DNA of 64,000 nt from a virus (taxonomy: Duplodnaviria > Heunggongvirae > Uroviricota > Caudoviricetes): positions 66,948 to 130,947 of the IMG/VR virus record IMGVR_UViG_3300021979_000001; one strand, 5' to 3'. The notes under the pieces were generated by a model, which was not told the DNA's origin, did not search any database, and worked only from the letters and a program-made list of their open reading frames with translations. This document shows positions 1 to 8,560 of this stretch, piece by piece. Numbering within the stretch: the first letter of the stretch is position 1; every line of letters begins with the position of its first letter. The position numbers and the translations under genes are program-made.

Positions 1-540
1 ATGCACACCATCGCTATGACCGGCAGTCATTGATCCTGGGAATGATCCTGAAACGGTTCTACCGTCGCGATTGATAAAATCATCAATCAAAATAGCTTCA
101 CTGGGTCGCGGAACTGGCCCGTCAAGCACTTCTGCATAGCCATGCACCCCATATGCCCGATCAGTATACAGCATTGTCTCGCTGCCGGTTTCATGGGTCA
201 CTGTAATGGTAAAACGAACATACCCATCATCCAATGATGCACTATCTAATGCATTAATTGAAAATTTGCATAATGCGCGGGTAGCATCAATAATATCCAA
301 CTGCGTCGTGTATACAATTTCATCATTGTTGATAATATTAAGTTTCGGAACCATCGTTGATAAATCAACCGGTCTACGATCACCATCCAGAACAAACACA
401 TTAATATCGTTCGTAACGTTACGATAAATTTTGAAATCAGTGCGATTAACCGGGAAATTCATTGCGCTTGCTCCATCAGCAATGCCCGCAACAGTCAAAG
501 TAATCACTTGTGGTATGTAATAAACGCTGAATGCGGCCAT
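1..540 (-). CDS. Partial gene running off the window start; probable virion/baseplate structural protein
   Basis: Manually translated open frame from ATG 540 (MAAFSVYYIPQVITLTVAG...NRTDFKIYRNVTNDINVFVLDGDRRPVDL...), 180 codons with no stop; beta-rich; AATAAATA at 574-581 upstream. Not in the supplied ORF track. Confidence 0.6.
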   Translation of the reverse strand, partial: MAAFSVYYIPQVITLTVAGIADGASAMNFPVNRTDFKIYRNVTNDINVFVLDGDRRPVDLSTMVPKLNIINNDEIVYTTQLDIIDATRALCKFSINALDSASLDDGYVRFTITVTHETGSETMLYTDRAYGVHGYAEVLDGPVPRPSEAILIDDFINRDGRTVSGSFPGSMTAGHSDGVH

Positions 541-647
541 AATAAATCCAAATATAGTAAGAAAATTCAACATTATTTATTTAAAAATAACATATCATTT
601 TTATACGATTATAAATATTGACATATTAACCCAGGGTAAACTAATAA

Positions 648-1022
648 ATGACTAACGAAATTAAGAATATTTTAAACCAATTTCCTTTTCTTAGTTATGG
701 CTGTTTAAACGAAACACCATATTTGGGAATCGTTCAAAACAGTGATAATCAATTAATTTCGATGTATGTCATCGACTCAATCCCGACCGAAGACCTTAGA
801 AAGAAATTTCTTGCATATGGTGAAATTTGGTGGTGGGAATCAAACCGAACCATCCCAATCAATATTTTTCTCAAGGATAGGTTCAAACAGTTTAATGTTT
901 GTCTTAAACATTTTTCCCGAAAAGATTTTGAACTGATTGATGGACCGGCTGTTAGTCTGGCTGAAACTATTGCCAGACGTGTGAAAAAACGCCAGGTAAC
1001 TTTGGTCAGAAAAACTGACTAA
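648..1022 (+). CDS. Conserved jumbo-phage hypothetical protein
   Basis: 124-aa ORF with WWWESNRTIPINIF motif; perfect TATAAATA at 610-617 upstream. Confidence 0.7.
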   Translation: MTNEIKNILNQFPFLSYGCLNETPYLGIVQNSDNQLISMYVIDSIPTEDLRKKFLAYGEIWWWESNRTIPINIFLKDRFKQFNVCLKHFSRKDFELIDGPAVSLAETIARRVKKRQVTLVRKTD

Positions 1023-1530
1023 CGTATTCACCATATTTCAATAAAAACATAACCTTCGTGTCTTCATCGAAAATAAATAAAATCTGGTGATTATTTGCGC
1101 CTACGTAGGAACACCAATCGGCATTTGCTTTTGTTTCGTCAATCCATGCCAATACATCGGTGATTTTATTACATGGAACAAGGTAATACGAATACGGAAT
1201 GATTCCGATGATCTCTGCCACCAGACTCGTCATATTGTCTAGTTCTTCCATGTGTTTTTTTAAATTATCATTCAACAACATGATTTCATTATTTAAATCA
1301 TATAATTTGTCTCTTGCCTCTTGGACATTTTCTTTAGCATTATTCACACCATTAATTATATCGTCAAGATCGGTTTCCGTTTCAACCATGCCAATGTCAT
1401 TACATACGCTGGTTAACTCGTTTTCGGCAGTTTCGCACACCGAGTCAATTTGCGAACTGTTTTTCTCAATTGTTGCAACATTACTGGCATCAAGATCGGG
1501 AACAAACGCATAAAAATGATATTTTTCCAT
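1006..1530 (-). CDS. Hypothetical protein with coiled coil and C-terminal F-x-D...MFLLKYG motif
   Basis: 174-aa ORF; heptad-like middle; C-terminal motif recurs in other small ORFs of this window. Confidence 0.65.
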   Translation of the reverse strand: MEKYHFYAFVPDLDASNVATIEKNSSQIDSVCETAENELTSVCNDIGMVETETDLDDIINGVNNAKENVQEARDKLYDLNNEIMLLNDNLKKHMEELDNMTSLVAEIIGIIPYSYYLVPCNKITDVLAWIDETKANADWCSYVGANNHQILFIFDEDTKVMFLLKYGEYVSQFF

Positions 1531-1672
1531 AGTCGCATTACACCATTGGTTCTAATATATATATACCCCCTCACATATCAGCATGATACTGAACTGTCAA
1601 TAAAATTATAGTTGACTGCCTTTTTTTTACAGGATATTAAATACCCACCTTTTTTGTTAGAGGATTAGCCAA

Positions 1673-1912
1673 ATGTCACTACGATTATTCGTGCTATGTG
1701 TCATCGTTGCGTTCGGAATTTTCTATGCTCTTACCCTACCGTTATTGGCAAAGCTATTGCTAATTCCATGGGGCATTGGCATCATGCTTCGGTTTTTAAA
1801 AAAAGACTACCTTGTGTCCACGGTTGGGGCGGTATTTCTACCGGCAGGATTGGTCATTTTTGTGTATGACCTGGTGTCAAATGTCATATCCCGGAAGAAA
1901 AAAACAAAATGA
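1673..1912 (+). CDS. Small membrane protein
   Basis: 79 aa, about 3 hydrophobic segments, basic tail; SD AGGA upstream; stop overlaps next start (ATGA). Confidence 0.65.
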   Translation: MSLRLFVLCVIVAFGIFYALTLPLLAKLLLIPWGIGIMLRFLKKDYLVSTVGAVFLPAGLVIFVYDLVSNVISRKKKTK

Positions 1913-3384
1913 ACTTTAAAATTCAAAATTTTCGCGCCGGGTTTGCAACAAACTCGTCGTCATCTCATTCCATTGTTCTGTTGCCGACTAAAAAGTATGG
2001 TATCACCAGCAAATATGACATCGATTCGTATTATGGTCCGGCGGGGTTTGGGTCTGAAAATTTTCGCTTATGTAGCGAACAAGAAAAAATGCGATATTTG
2101 GCGACAATTTTGTATACGGAATTTGATGAAATGACATCAAATTTTGCCAAAATGATACAACCCGTGTTGGCGCACACATCTCCGTCAACCAAACAATTCT
2201 TTGAAACGCAACAACCACTGGACACAAACCAAGTATATATCGATCATGAAAGTCAGTTCACATATGACACATTAACCCCTGGAATGGTTCGTCGATTAAT
2301 TGCAAAATTCACGAACCCGTATGTTGCGGTATATGGTGGACGTGATGGCGATTTTGTCAATCAATTGCCATCAGAACACCTTATCAACTACTATGATGAA
2401 AACAAACCAAATAACAGCAACATAAATCCAAATTTGCTGGAACCGAACATTTTATTGAAGCATGAAGGCAATCGGGTTGTCATCATGGACACGACAAATG
2501 GAAATAAACTCCGATTTACTATGGCGGACGACGACGAACCGTGGACCAAATCATTATCCCCGGAATTAGTCGATGTTAAAATCACGAACTTTTGTGCAAA
2601 AGGATGCAACTTTTGTTACCAAAGTTCAACAAAAGATGGAAAACATGCGCCGGTTGATGAAGTAAAAAAAATAATTGATCTGCTAATTGATGCTGAAACT
2701 TTTGAAATTGCGATTGGTGGTGGTGAACCGACGGATCATCCCGATTTAATCGAAATCATGCAATATGCGCGGGATAACACCATTATCCCGAATCTGACCA
2801 CCTATACTACAAAATGGGTGGATGATCCGGTTAAATTTAAAGCGATCATGACTCTTGCTGGGGGCATCGGTGTTTCATGCCATAGCAGCAAAGATTTTGC
2901 CATGATTGACAAGATTGTAGATGCAGTAATATCCAATAATGGATTTAGTTCTCGGTTTGCAAAAATCATGGCACAGCATGTTGTCGGATCAGTTCCGTTT
3001 GAAGTTACCGAAGAAGTTCTCCGCCACGCATTCAAACATAAATATCCCATATTATTATTGGGATATAAACCGGTTGGTTTTGGCGCAGAATATATTCACG
3101 ACAGCATCGAAGCTGCGTTATTGATCAAACTGATTTATAATTCAAAAAATGATTATCCCGATGGGATGTTGTCAGTCGATACCGCATTTTTGGAATTATA
3201 CCCAAATTTGTGCGCGGCCCTGGAAATACCAACGGAACTAACAACAAGCCCGGAGGGAAAGTTTTCTTGCTATATCGACGCCACGACAAAAATGATGGCA
3301 CCATCAAGCTATTGTGACAAAACAGAATATCATCCCTTACCAAATACGTTGGATGATTTCAAAAAACTATTCCAGACATTCTAA
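1909..3384 (+). CDS. Radical SAM protein with N-terminal GFATNSSSSHS domain
   Basis: CxxxCxxC (CAKGCNFC), GGGEP motif, NLTT; about 200-aa N-terminal extension. Confidence 0.85.
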   Translation: MNFKIQNFRAGFATNSSSSHSIVLLPTKKYGITSKYDIDSYYGPAGFGSENFRLCSEQEKMRYLATILYTEFDEMTSNFAKMIQPVLAHTSPSTKQFFETQQPLDTNQVYIDHESQFTYDTLTPGMVRRLIAKFTNPYVAVYGGRDGDFVNQLPSEHLINYYDENKPNNSNINPNLLEPNILLKHEGNRVVIMDTTNGNKLRFTMADDDEPWTKSLSPELVDVKITNFCAKGCNFCYQSSTKDGKHAPVDEVKKIIDLLIDAETFEIAIGGGEPTDHPDLIEIMQYARDNTIIPNLTTYTTKWVDDPVKFKAIMTLAGGIGVSCHSSKDFAMIDKIVDAVISNNGFSSRFAKIMAQHVVGSVPFEVTEEVLRHAFKHKYPILLLGYKPVGFGAEYIHDSIEAALLIKLIYNSKNDYPDGMLSVDTAFLELYPNLCAALEIPTELTTSPEGKFSCYIDATTKMMAPSSYCDKTEYHPLPNTLDDFKKLFQTF

Positions 3385-3387
3385 TAG

Positions 3388-3415
3388 ATAGCGGGGATGT
3401 AAAACTCCCCGCTAT
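3388..3415. terminator. Intrinsic terminator hairpin between convergent genes
   Basis: ATAGCGGGGA / TCCCCGCTAT 10-bp stem, 8-nt loop. Confidence 0.7.
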
Positions 3416-3900
3416 TATAATAACGAAGATAACCGCATTCGTAGCAACACACGAACGGCATCATCTTGTGCCGCAAATAAAATATCTGTTTTGAAATAGT
3501 TGATTTTAATATATGACATCCTAACATCGGTATCGGTTTCATCCATGAAATCAACAATAAGTTTTTTTAACTTCGTATGAATTGCTGGATGGTGATTGAT
3601 GTTATATGGTGCCGTTATTACAAATGATCCAGAAATTTGCTTATTATCAAACCATTTGATGAAATGGTTATAGTCTTCGCGACGATAAAAAACCAGTTTA
3701 TATTCGATCACATCTAGGCGAATTAAAATAATTGGTCTTCGGCAATTAAAAAAACACCATTTCACTACTTCTTCAATATCCCAAACCCGATCACACATTT
3801 TATAATAATCGATGTTTATATATTTACACCGTGAGAACCGAGAATCTTCGGAAAATTGTTGTTCCGTCATCACAAAAATTTTATTCATCGTCACCCACAA
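3415..3900 (-). CDS. Hypothetical protein
   Basis: 161-aa ORF; two halves each ending in an F-x-x-x-(E/D)-D-like motif. Confidence 0.6.
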   Translation of the reverse strand: MWVTMNKIFVMTEQQFSEDSRFSRCKYINIDYYKMCDRVWDIEEVVKWCFFNCRRPIILIRLDVIEYKLVFYRREDYNHFIKWFDNKQISGSFVITAPYNINHHPAIHTKLKKLIVDFMDETDTDVRMSYIKINYFKTDILFAAQDDAVRVLLRMRLSSLL

Positions 3901-4295
3901 TAAGTTAGTTTAAAAGCAGTTGCAATTATACAGTCATCAAATGAGAATTTCAACGAATACTGGTCAGTATCATAACTATGAATAGTCATTGACCATTTAA
4001 CCTTCTGTTCCGCGATCCATTCTATAAGAAGTTGTTGTTTGGTTTCATTGTAATAAAAGTTGTTATATTCGTAATAAATAACACCAGAATATGCTAATGA
4101 TGTTGCTGAAAAATGTTCAAACCGACCGGAATCTAAATTAATTTCATGAAAATATATTGGTATTATTTGAAATGAATTAATAATTTTCTGTTTTTCTACA
4201 TCAATACATTCGAAAAATAATACAGCATCGCGGCGAAATCTAACAAATGGTAATATACTTATCTGCTGATGTTCCGTCGTTGTTATCATCATCAA
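3891..4295 (-). CDS. Hypothetical protein (C-terminal FSFDD...AFKLTY motif)
   Basis: 134-aa ORF in operon-like packing; start uncertain. Confidence 0.6.
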   Translation of the reverse strand: MMMITTTEHQQISILPFVRFRRDAVLFFECIDVEKQKIINSFQIIPIYFHEINLDSGRFEHFSATSLAYSGVIYYEYNNFYYNETKQQLLIEWIAEQKVKWSMTIHSYDTDQYSLKFSFDDCIIATAFKLTYCG

Positions 4296-4893
4296 GCGTA
4301 TCCTTTACCTTTTCGCACATAATATTCAATTGAACAATAATTGATACTGCATACGCAATTGCGTGTGCCCGTTTGAAAATAAATCCATCAGTAGATGGTG
4401 TCCAAACTTCCGCATCTATTTCATGTCGGGGACGATATGCAAGATGCCGTTTACCTGGCCGCATTAATGCCAGGATAACAGCAAGGTCTTCCACTGATTT
4501 TGGTTTGATTGCCGATACAATACCGAAATGGCGTCCAATATGGGCCAGGTCTTCGACAATTTCTACATGCTCAAACAAGGACCAGTCTGGTTCAGTTTCG
4601 GCCAATTCAATCAGATGGTCTTCATCGCGAACATCGGCATATATCGAATTATTAAGAAAATCGATTTTGAAAAAACCAAGTTTTTCGGCAGTCTCATATT
4701 CCAATGTGGCACACCCATCAATAGGATCAGACGGGATATTTTGAAAATACACACCTGATGGATGTTTTTTGCGATCACCACCAAGTTGAATTGCAGCAGG
4801 AATATACATTAATCCATTTAACGCACTATCTTTATCCGCAAAATCAATATCAATATCCGTATTAACTTTATTAATTGGCTTATTGGTTGTCAT
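4240..4893 (-). CDS. Minimal DnaE-like (DNA polymerase III alpha) catalytic core
   Basis: TDIDIDF, KHPSGV, GFFKIDFL, ALMRPG, FKRAHAIAYA motifs of C-family polymerases; only 217 aa. Confidence 0.85.
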   Translation of the reverse strand: MTTNKPINKVNTDIDIDFADKDSALNGLMYIPAAIQLGGDRKKHPSGVYFQNIPSDPIDGCATLEYETAEKLGFFKIDFLNNSIYADVRDEDHLIELAETEPDWSLFEHVEIVEDLAHIGRHFGIVSAIKPKSVEDLAVILALMRPGKRHLAYRPRHEIDAEVWTPSTDGFIFKRAHAIAYAVSIIVQLNIMCEKVKDTLDDDNNDGTSADKYITIC

Positions 4894-4902
4894 ATTTATT
4901 TG

Positions 4903-5376
4903 TCACTTATCTGTATTATCAACAATCACACTAAATGTGCTATCTTTTTTCTTTTTTGTGGGTAGATCAATTGCCATATTCAACCCGGCACTAAAATCGT
5001 AAACAACTTCTCGTTCTTTCACACGATTAATATGCATGAGTTCGATTTTACATTCTGCCCGTTTTTCCAGACAAATGATTAAACCACAAATCAAAAAGTT
5101 AAGACTTTTGACAACTGCATTATTTTCATCTTTTCGGTCACTGTCTGATAAATTCTTCATCTTGGTCAAATTACTAATGATCAATACTCGCCAATGTGTC
5201 GGGTCCAGATCATCCCATGTTTCACGACCAACAAATGGCTCCCATGTAATCAAGTCTTGCAATAAAGAATCGGTTTGATTCCAATATGATTTAACTACTG
5301 AAAAATCATTTTCAGAAAACGTAATTTGAATTCTGGTATCAATTTCATAATCATTAATAATTACAACCGTTCCCAT
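4903..5376 (-). CDS. Hypothetical protein
   Basis: 157-aa ORF, tightly packed, SD AGGATAAGG upstream. Confidence 0.65.
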   Translation of the reverse strand: MGTVVIINDYEIDTRIQITFSENDFSVVKSYWNQTDSLLQDLITWEPFVGRETWDDLDPTHWRVLIISNLTKMKNLSDSDRKDENNAVVKSLNFLICGLIICLEKRAECKIELMHINRVKEREVVYDFSAGLNMAIDLPTKKKKDSTFSVIVDNTDK

Positions 5377-5449
5377 TTACCTATCCTTTATTTTTACCAA
5401 TGCATAATACCATTCACGACCACAAAAATCTATTTAAAACACATTCAGG

Positions 5450-5827
5450 CTAATCGTATCGATCAATTTTCTTTTGTAATTGTTTTCCCAGTTCTGCTAT
5501 CTTTTTATCTAAGACACGAATTGAATTTTTTAACATATTAACTTTATTATTCAAATTTTGAAGTTGTTGATCTTTCTGGTCAAGTTTCCGTTCTAATGAT
5601 TTAACGTAATCCACACTTGGTATATTGGTTACCTTCCCAAACATTTTGATTGACGTAATATATCCCGGTTTCAACGTCAATTGCTGTTCCATATTCCGTG
5701 CCGCTTGTTCTGCCGTAACTCCTTTATCTACTTTATTGTCGTCATTGTTGTCGTCACCATCTTCATCTTCGTTGGCATACATCATATGTAAAAATTCGTC
5801 ATCATATGGTAAATTATCGTTTTCCAT
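5450..5827 (-). CDS. Hypothetical coiled-coil protein
   Basis: 125 aa, acidic N-terminus, heptad C-terminus; start abuts upstream stop (TAATG). Confidence 0.65.
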   Translation of the reverse strand: MENDNLPYDDEFLHMMYANEDEDGDDNNDDNKVDKGVTAEQAARNMEQQLTLKPGYITSIKMFGKVTNIPSVDYVKSLERKLDQKDQQLQNLNNKVNMLKNSIRVLDKKIAELGKQLQKKIDRYD

Positions 5828-6603
5828 TATAATCCCACTTCGTTAAACACCTGTTGGATATAATCCACATCTTTTTTATTTTCGTCCAAACGTTGCGCCC
5901 AAAACAACGGATTGATTCGACGTTCGATTAGTATCATTTGTTCATCAGTCATTTTATTCAACAATTCTGCGGCACTGGGTGCCGTATACATAACCCAGGG
6001 CGATATTCTACCGTTTGCGATCCATAAAACGGCGCGGGTTGGATTAACCAATCGAAAAAAATCAACCCAATTATTCCCGGTTTCTGCCGACCATTCTTGC
6101 ATTAACCGGAATGTGCGCTCAATGGCCGCATCCGGTGTTTCTTTGATGAATAAATCCTGCATATAACGATCAAATGTTTCAGTTGACTGCCAATCGCGTT
6201 CTTTAATGCGTTGAATAATCAAAAATTCCATAAAACGGTTTGGGTTTACTACCCTGTTATACATAACATAATTCGCCAACCTTACGAATGCAGTATACAG
6301 TTGGCTGTCACTAAATTTTTTATATGTTAAGGTGCTTACGCTTTGTCCGAAACTGATCCGATAGAAAATAGTATATAACTGGTATGCCAGTTGTATTATC
6401 GGAGAAGTTCGGTCCATAGCACGTTGTTTACCAACACACATATGAATAATTAATGATTTTTCCCGCACAAAATCTTTATTACAATATTCACAGGTAAATT
6501 TTTCGGCCTTATTTTTTCGTTTTCTTCCGCTGACCTGTTTTTGTTGTTTTTTTCTGGTTTCTTTTTTTTCCGCCACCATTTCCTGTATATTTTTCATAGG
6601 CAT
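5827..6603 (-). CDS. C2H2-type zinc-finger protein of the replication cluster
   Basis: CEYCNKDFVREKSLIIHMC motif; start may be Met at 6579. Confidence 0.7.
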   Translation of the reverse strand: MPMKNIQEMVAEKKETRKKQQKQVSGRKRKNKAEKFTCEYCNKDFVREKSLIIHMCVGKQRAMDRTSPIIQLAYQLYTIFYRISFGQSVSTLTYKKFSDSQLYTAFVRLANYVMYNRVVNPNRFMEFLIIQRIKERDWQSTETFDRYMQDLFIKETPDAAIERTFRLMQEWSAETGNNWVDFFRLVNPTRAVLWIANGRISPWVMYTAPSAAELLNKMTDEQMILIERRINPLFWAQRLDENKKDVDYIQQVFNEVGL

Positions 6604-7066
6604 CGACCAAATCCTTTACTTCACTATCCTGGTAACCGAGTTCTTCAACAAATGTTTGAAATGTTTCACTATTTAATTTAGATAAAATCAAGTCAATTTC
6701 CTGATCATTTGCTAGTGGGTATTTCTGCAAGATCACATCATCTAAAACATCTGATTTAACAACCACCCGTTTCGGCATAGGAATCCATTCGTGCGATTGT
6801 GCGACACCTAAACCGCATGTCACCATTGCCTTATAGTGCATGGAAGGGTCAGTTATATCGAAAAAGTTTAGATTTACGCGCTCGTTTACCGCATAGATAT
6901 AGTAGTCAGCATAATTGGGATTTTTGATAGCACTTAGCCAACGCATCACAACAAGAGGTTGGAATCCTTTTTTTTGATCATCGGATAACTGATCGAAAAA
7001 TAACATATCTTTACGATCAATTGCGCGCAAGGTGTCAAAAATATCCAATTTGTATCTGGTAGTCAT
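6509..7066 (-). CDS. gp62: Clamp-loader small subunit (T4 gp62-like)
   Basis: FQPLVVMRWLS, YAVNERVN..FFDI, HEWIP pattern recalled from T4-like gp62 family; replication context. Confidence 0.6.
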   Translation of the reverse strand: MTTRYKLDIFDTLRAIDRKDMLFFDQLSDDQKKGFQPLVVMRWLSAIKNPNYADYYIYAVNERVNLNFFDITDPSMHYKAMVTCGLGVAQSHEWIPMPKRVVVKSDVLDDVILQKYPLANDQEIDLILSKLNSETFQTFVEELGYQDSEVKDLVDAYEKYTGNGGGKKRNQKKTTKTGQRKKTKK

Positions 7067-7097
7067 AAAAGTATAATACCCATTTTTGATCGTTCTG

Positions 7098-7210
7098 TAT
7101 AAATAACTTTAGAAATAGATATTCGATGTATCTCCATGCGCGATTATCCCTAAAGCGTTTGGTGTTGCTCACCCCACACATTGCATAACAATGTGTGGGG
7201 TTTTCTTTTC
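7098..7210 (+). ncRNA. Candidate late-expressed small RNA
   Basis: TATAAATA 7098-7105, then a 12-bp hairpin (7172-7200) plus TTTTCTTTTC; no annotated plus-strand gene. Confidence 0.35.
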
Positions 7211-7309
7211 ATTACATGGCGGCGTAAAATGATAACATCAGCAAATGTATATTGATGATTATTGCCGCAGAAATAGTTTCACACGCCTGACCATAAACAA
7301 TATTATTCA

Positions 7310-8002
7310 TTACTTGTCACCCGTCGTGGATTTATTCGATGATGGTGCCTTTTTGCTTGTCGATTTTGTGGTGGTTTTTTTGGCTACTGGGGCGCGTTTG
7401 GTAGCGGGCGGGGCCTTGGGTGCTGTTTCTGTGGAAACGTCGTTGGTGGCTTGATTTACCCCCATGGCGGCGATGTTTTCATCAACGGTTGTATCAACAT
7501 GTTCAACATCTTCCTTATCATCTTTTTTCGATGATGATTGATCATCGTCCTTGTCAGATACATCTTCCTTGTCAGATACATCTTCCTTGTCAGATACATC
7601 TTCCTTGTCAGATACATCGTCCTTATCAGATACATCGTCGCGTGATGTGGCATCGTTTTTAAATACCAAAACCGACATAAATTCTAAAAAAATGTCATTC
7701 GCCTTATTCAAAGACCCACGTGACAATACCCGATCCAATTCCACCACCAAATCATCGCACCCCAATGCAAGATTGGTGTTTGTATTTGACATCACTGAAT
7801 GTAGTTTGTCATATGCCATACGCATATTTCCTTTACCATTCAATAACAAAATTTCGTCAAATATGGCATCAGAACCACGTTCTTCGGGCGAATGGGCTAA
7901 AAACATGTCAATTAAAATATCGACTACGCGGTTATTATTACCTTGTTTGATTGATCCTTCCAGGGTGATTAAACCATTTGTCAAATTCACATCATATGTC
8001 AT
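7310..8002 (-). CDS. Hypothetical protein with acidic DVSDKE repeats and Lys/Thr-rich tail
   Basis: 230-aa ORF; low-complexity C-terminal half. Confidence 0.7.
   Translation of the reverse strand: MTYDVNLTNGLITLEGSIKQGNNNRVVDILIDMFLAHSPEERGSDAIFDEILLLNGKGNMRMAYDKLHSVMSNTNTNLALGCDDLVVELDRVLSRGSLNKANDIFLEFMSVLVFKNDATSRDDVSDKDDVSDKEDVSDKEDVSDKEDVSDKDDDQSSSKKDDKEDVEHVDTTVDENIAAMGVNQATNDVSTETAPKAPPATKRAPVAKKTTTKSTSKKAPSSNKSTTGDK
7544..7633. repeat. In-frame tandem repeat, 5 x 18 bp
   Basis: Unit ATC(T/G)TCCTT(G/A)TCAGATAC at 7544, 7562, 7580, 7598, 7616. Confidence 0.95.
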
Positions 8003-8044
8003 TAGTATTATTAATCCTTATATCTATTGTTTTATGTGTCGCAA

Positions 8045-8548
8045 TCACGCAAATATTTTCGTGATGTCTAATGATTCCGGTAGTTTGTTGGTGTCCCTAA
8101 CAAAAAATGCGCATGGCGCATTTTCACCACTCCGCAATGGAACGGCAAGAATATGCCCCCATTTTAGCTTAGGCAAATTCCAAACAACATTGGGGTAAAT
8201 ATTATCAATTGATATTTCCATGAAATCAGGAATATATCCATTTATCGGGTTCATTGTGAACGCATCAAAATCCCGACCATTCAAATGTTTCAATTCGATA
8301 ATCTCAATATTGCCAATATTTTTATCGCCAATGACAATGGACCAGTCGAGAGGCATACGAATGCGATATTTGCCAATACTCAAATCTACTGCCGGACGTT
8401 CATAAACTTCAAGAAAAATCAATGGAATAAAATAAAAATCCACATCTGATTGATTTGAATAATCCAGAACACAATATCTAAGATCATCAATTTGATTGGG
8501 TAACTCATTCATATCGAATGTTTTATTTTCAGAAAGCATAACACGCAT
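8045..8548 (-). CDS. Conserved hypothetical protein next to UvsW
   Basis: 167-aa beta-rich ORF (YFIPLIFLE, MPLDWSIVIG, WNLPKLKWGHIL). Confidence 0.7.
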   Translation of the reverse strand: MRVMLSENKTFDMNELPNQIDDLRYCVLDYSNQSDVDFYFIPLIFLEVYERPAVDLSIGKYRIRMPLDWSIVIGDKNIGNIEIIELKHLNGRDFDAFTMNPINGYIPDFMEISIDNIYPNVVWNLPKLKWGHILAVPLRSGENAPCAFFVRDTNKLPESLDITKIFA

Positions 8549-8560
8549 TAATTTTAATCC

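Noticed and set aside
7544-7633. Possible mini-CRISPR array
   Set aside because: Units are contiguous with no spacers and are in frame within a protein.
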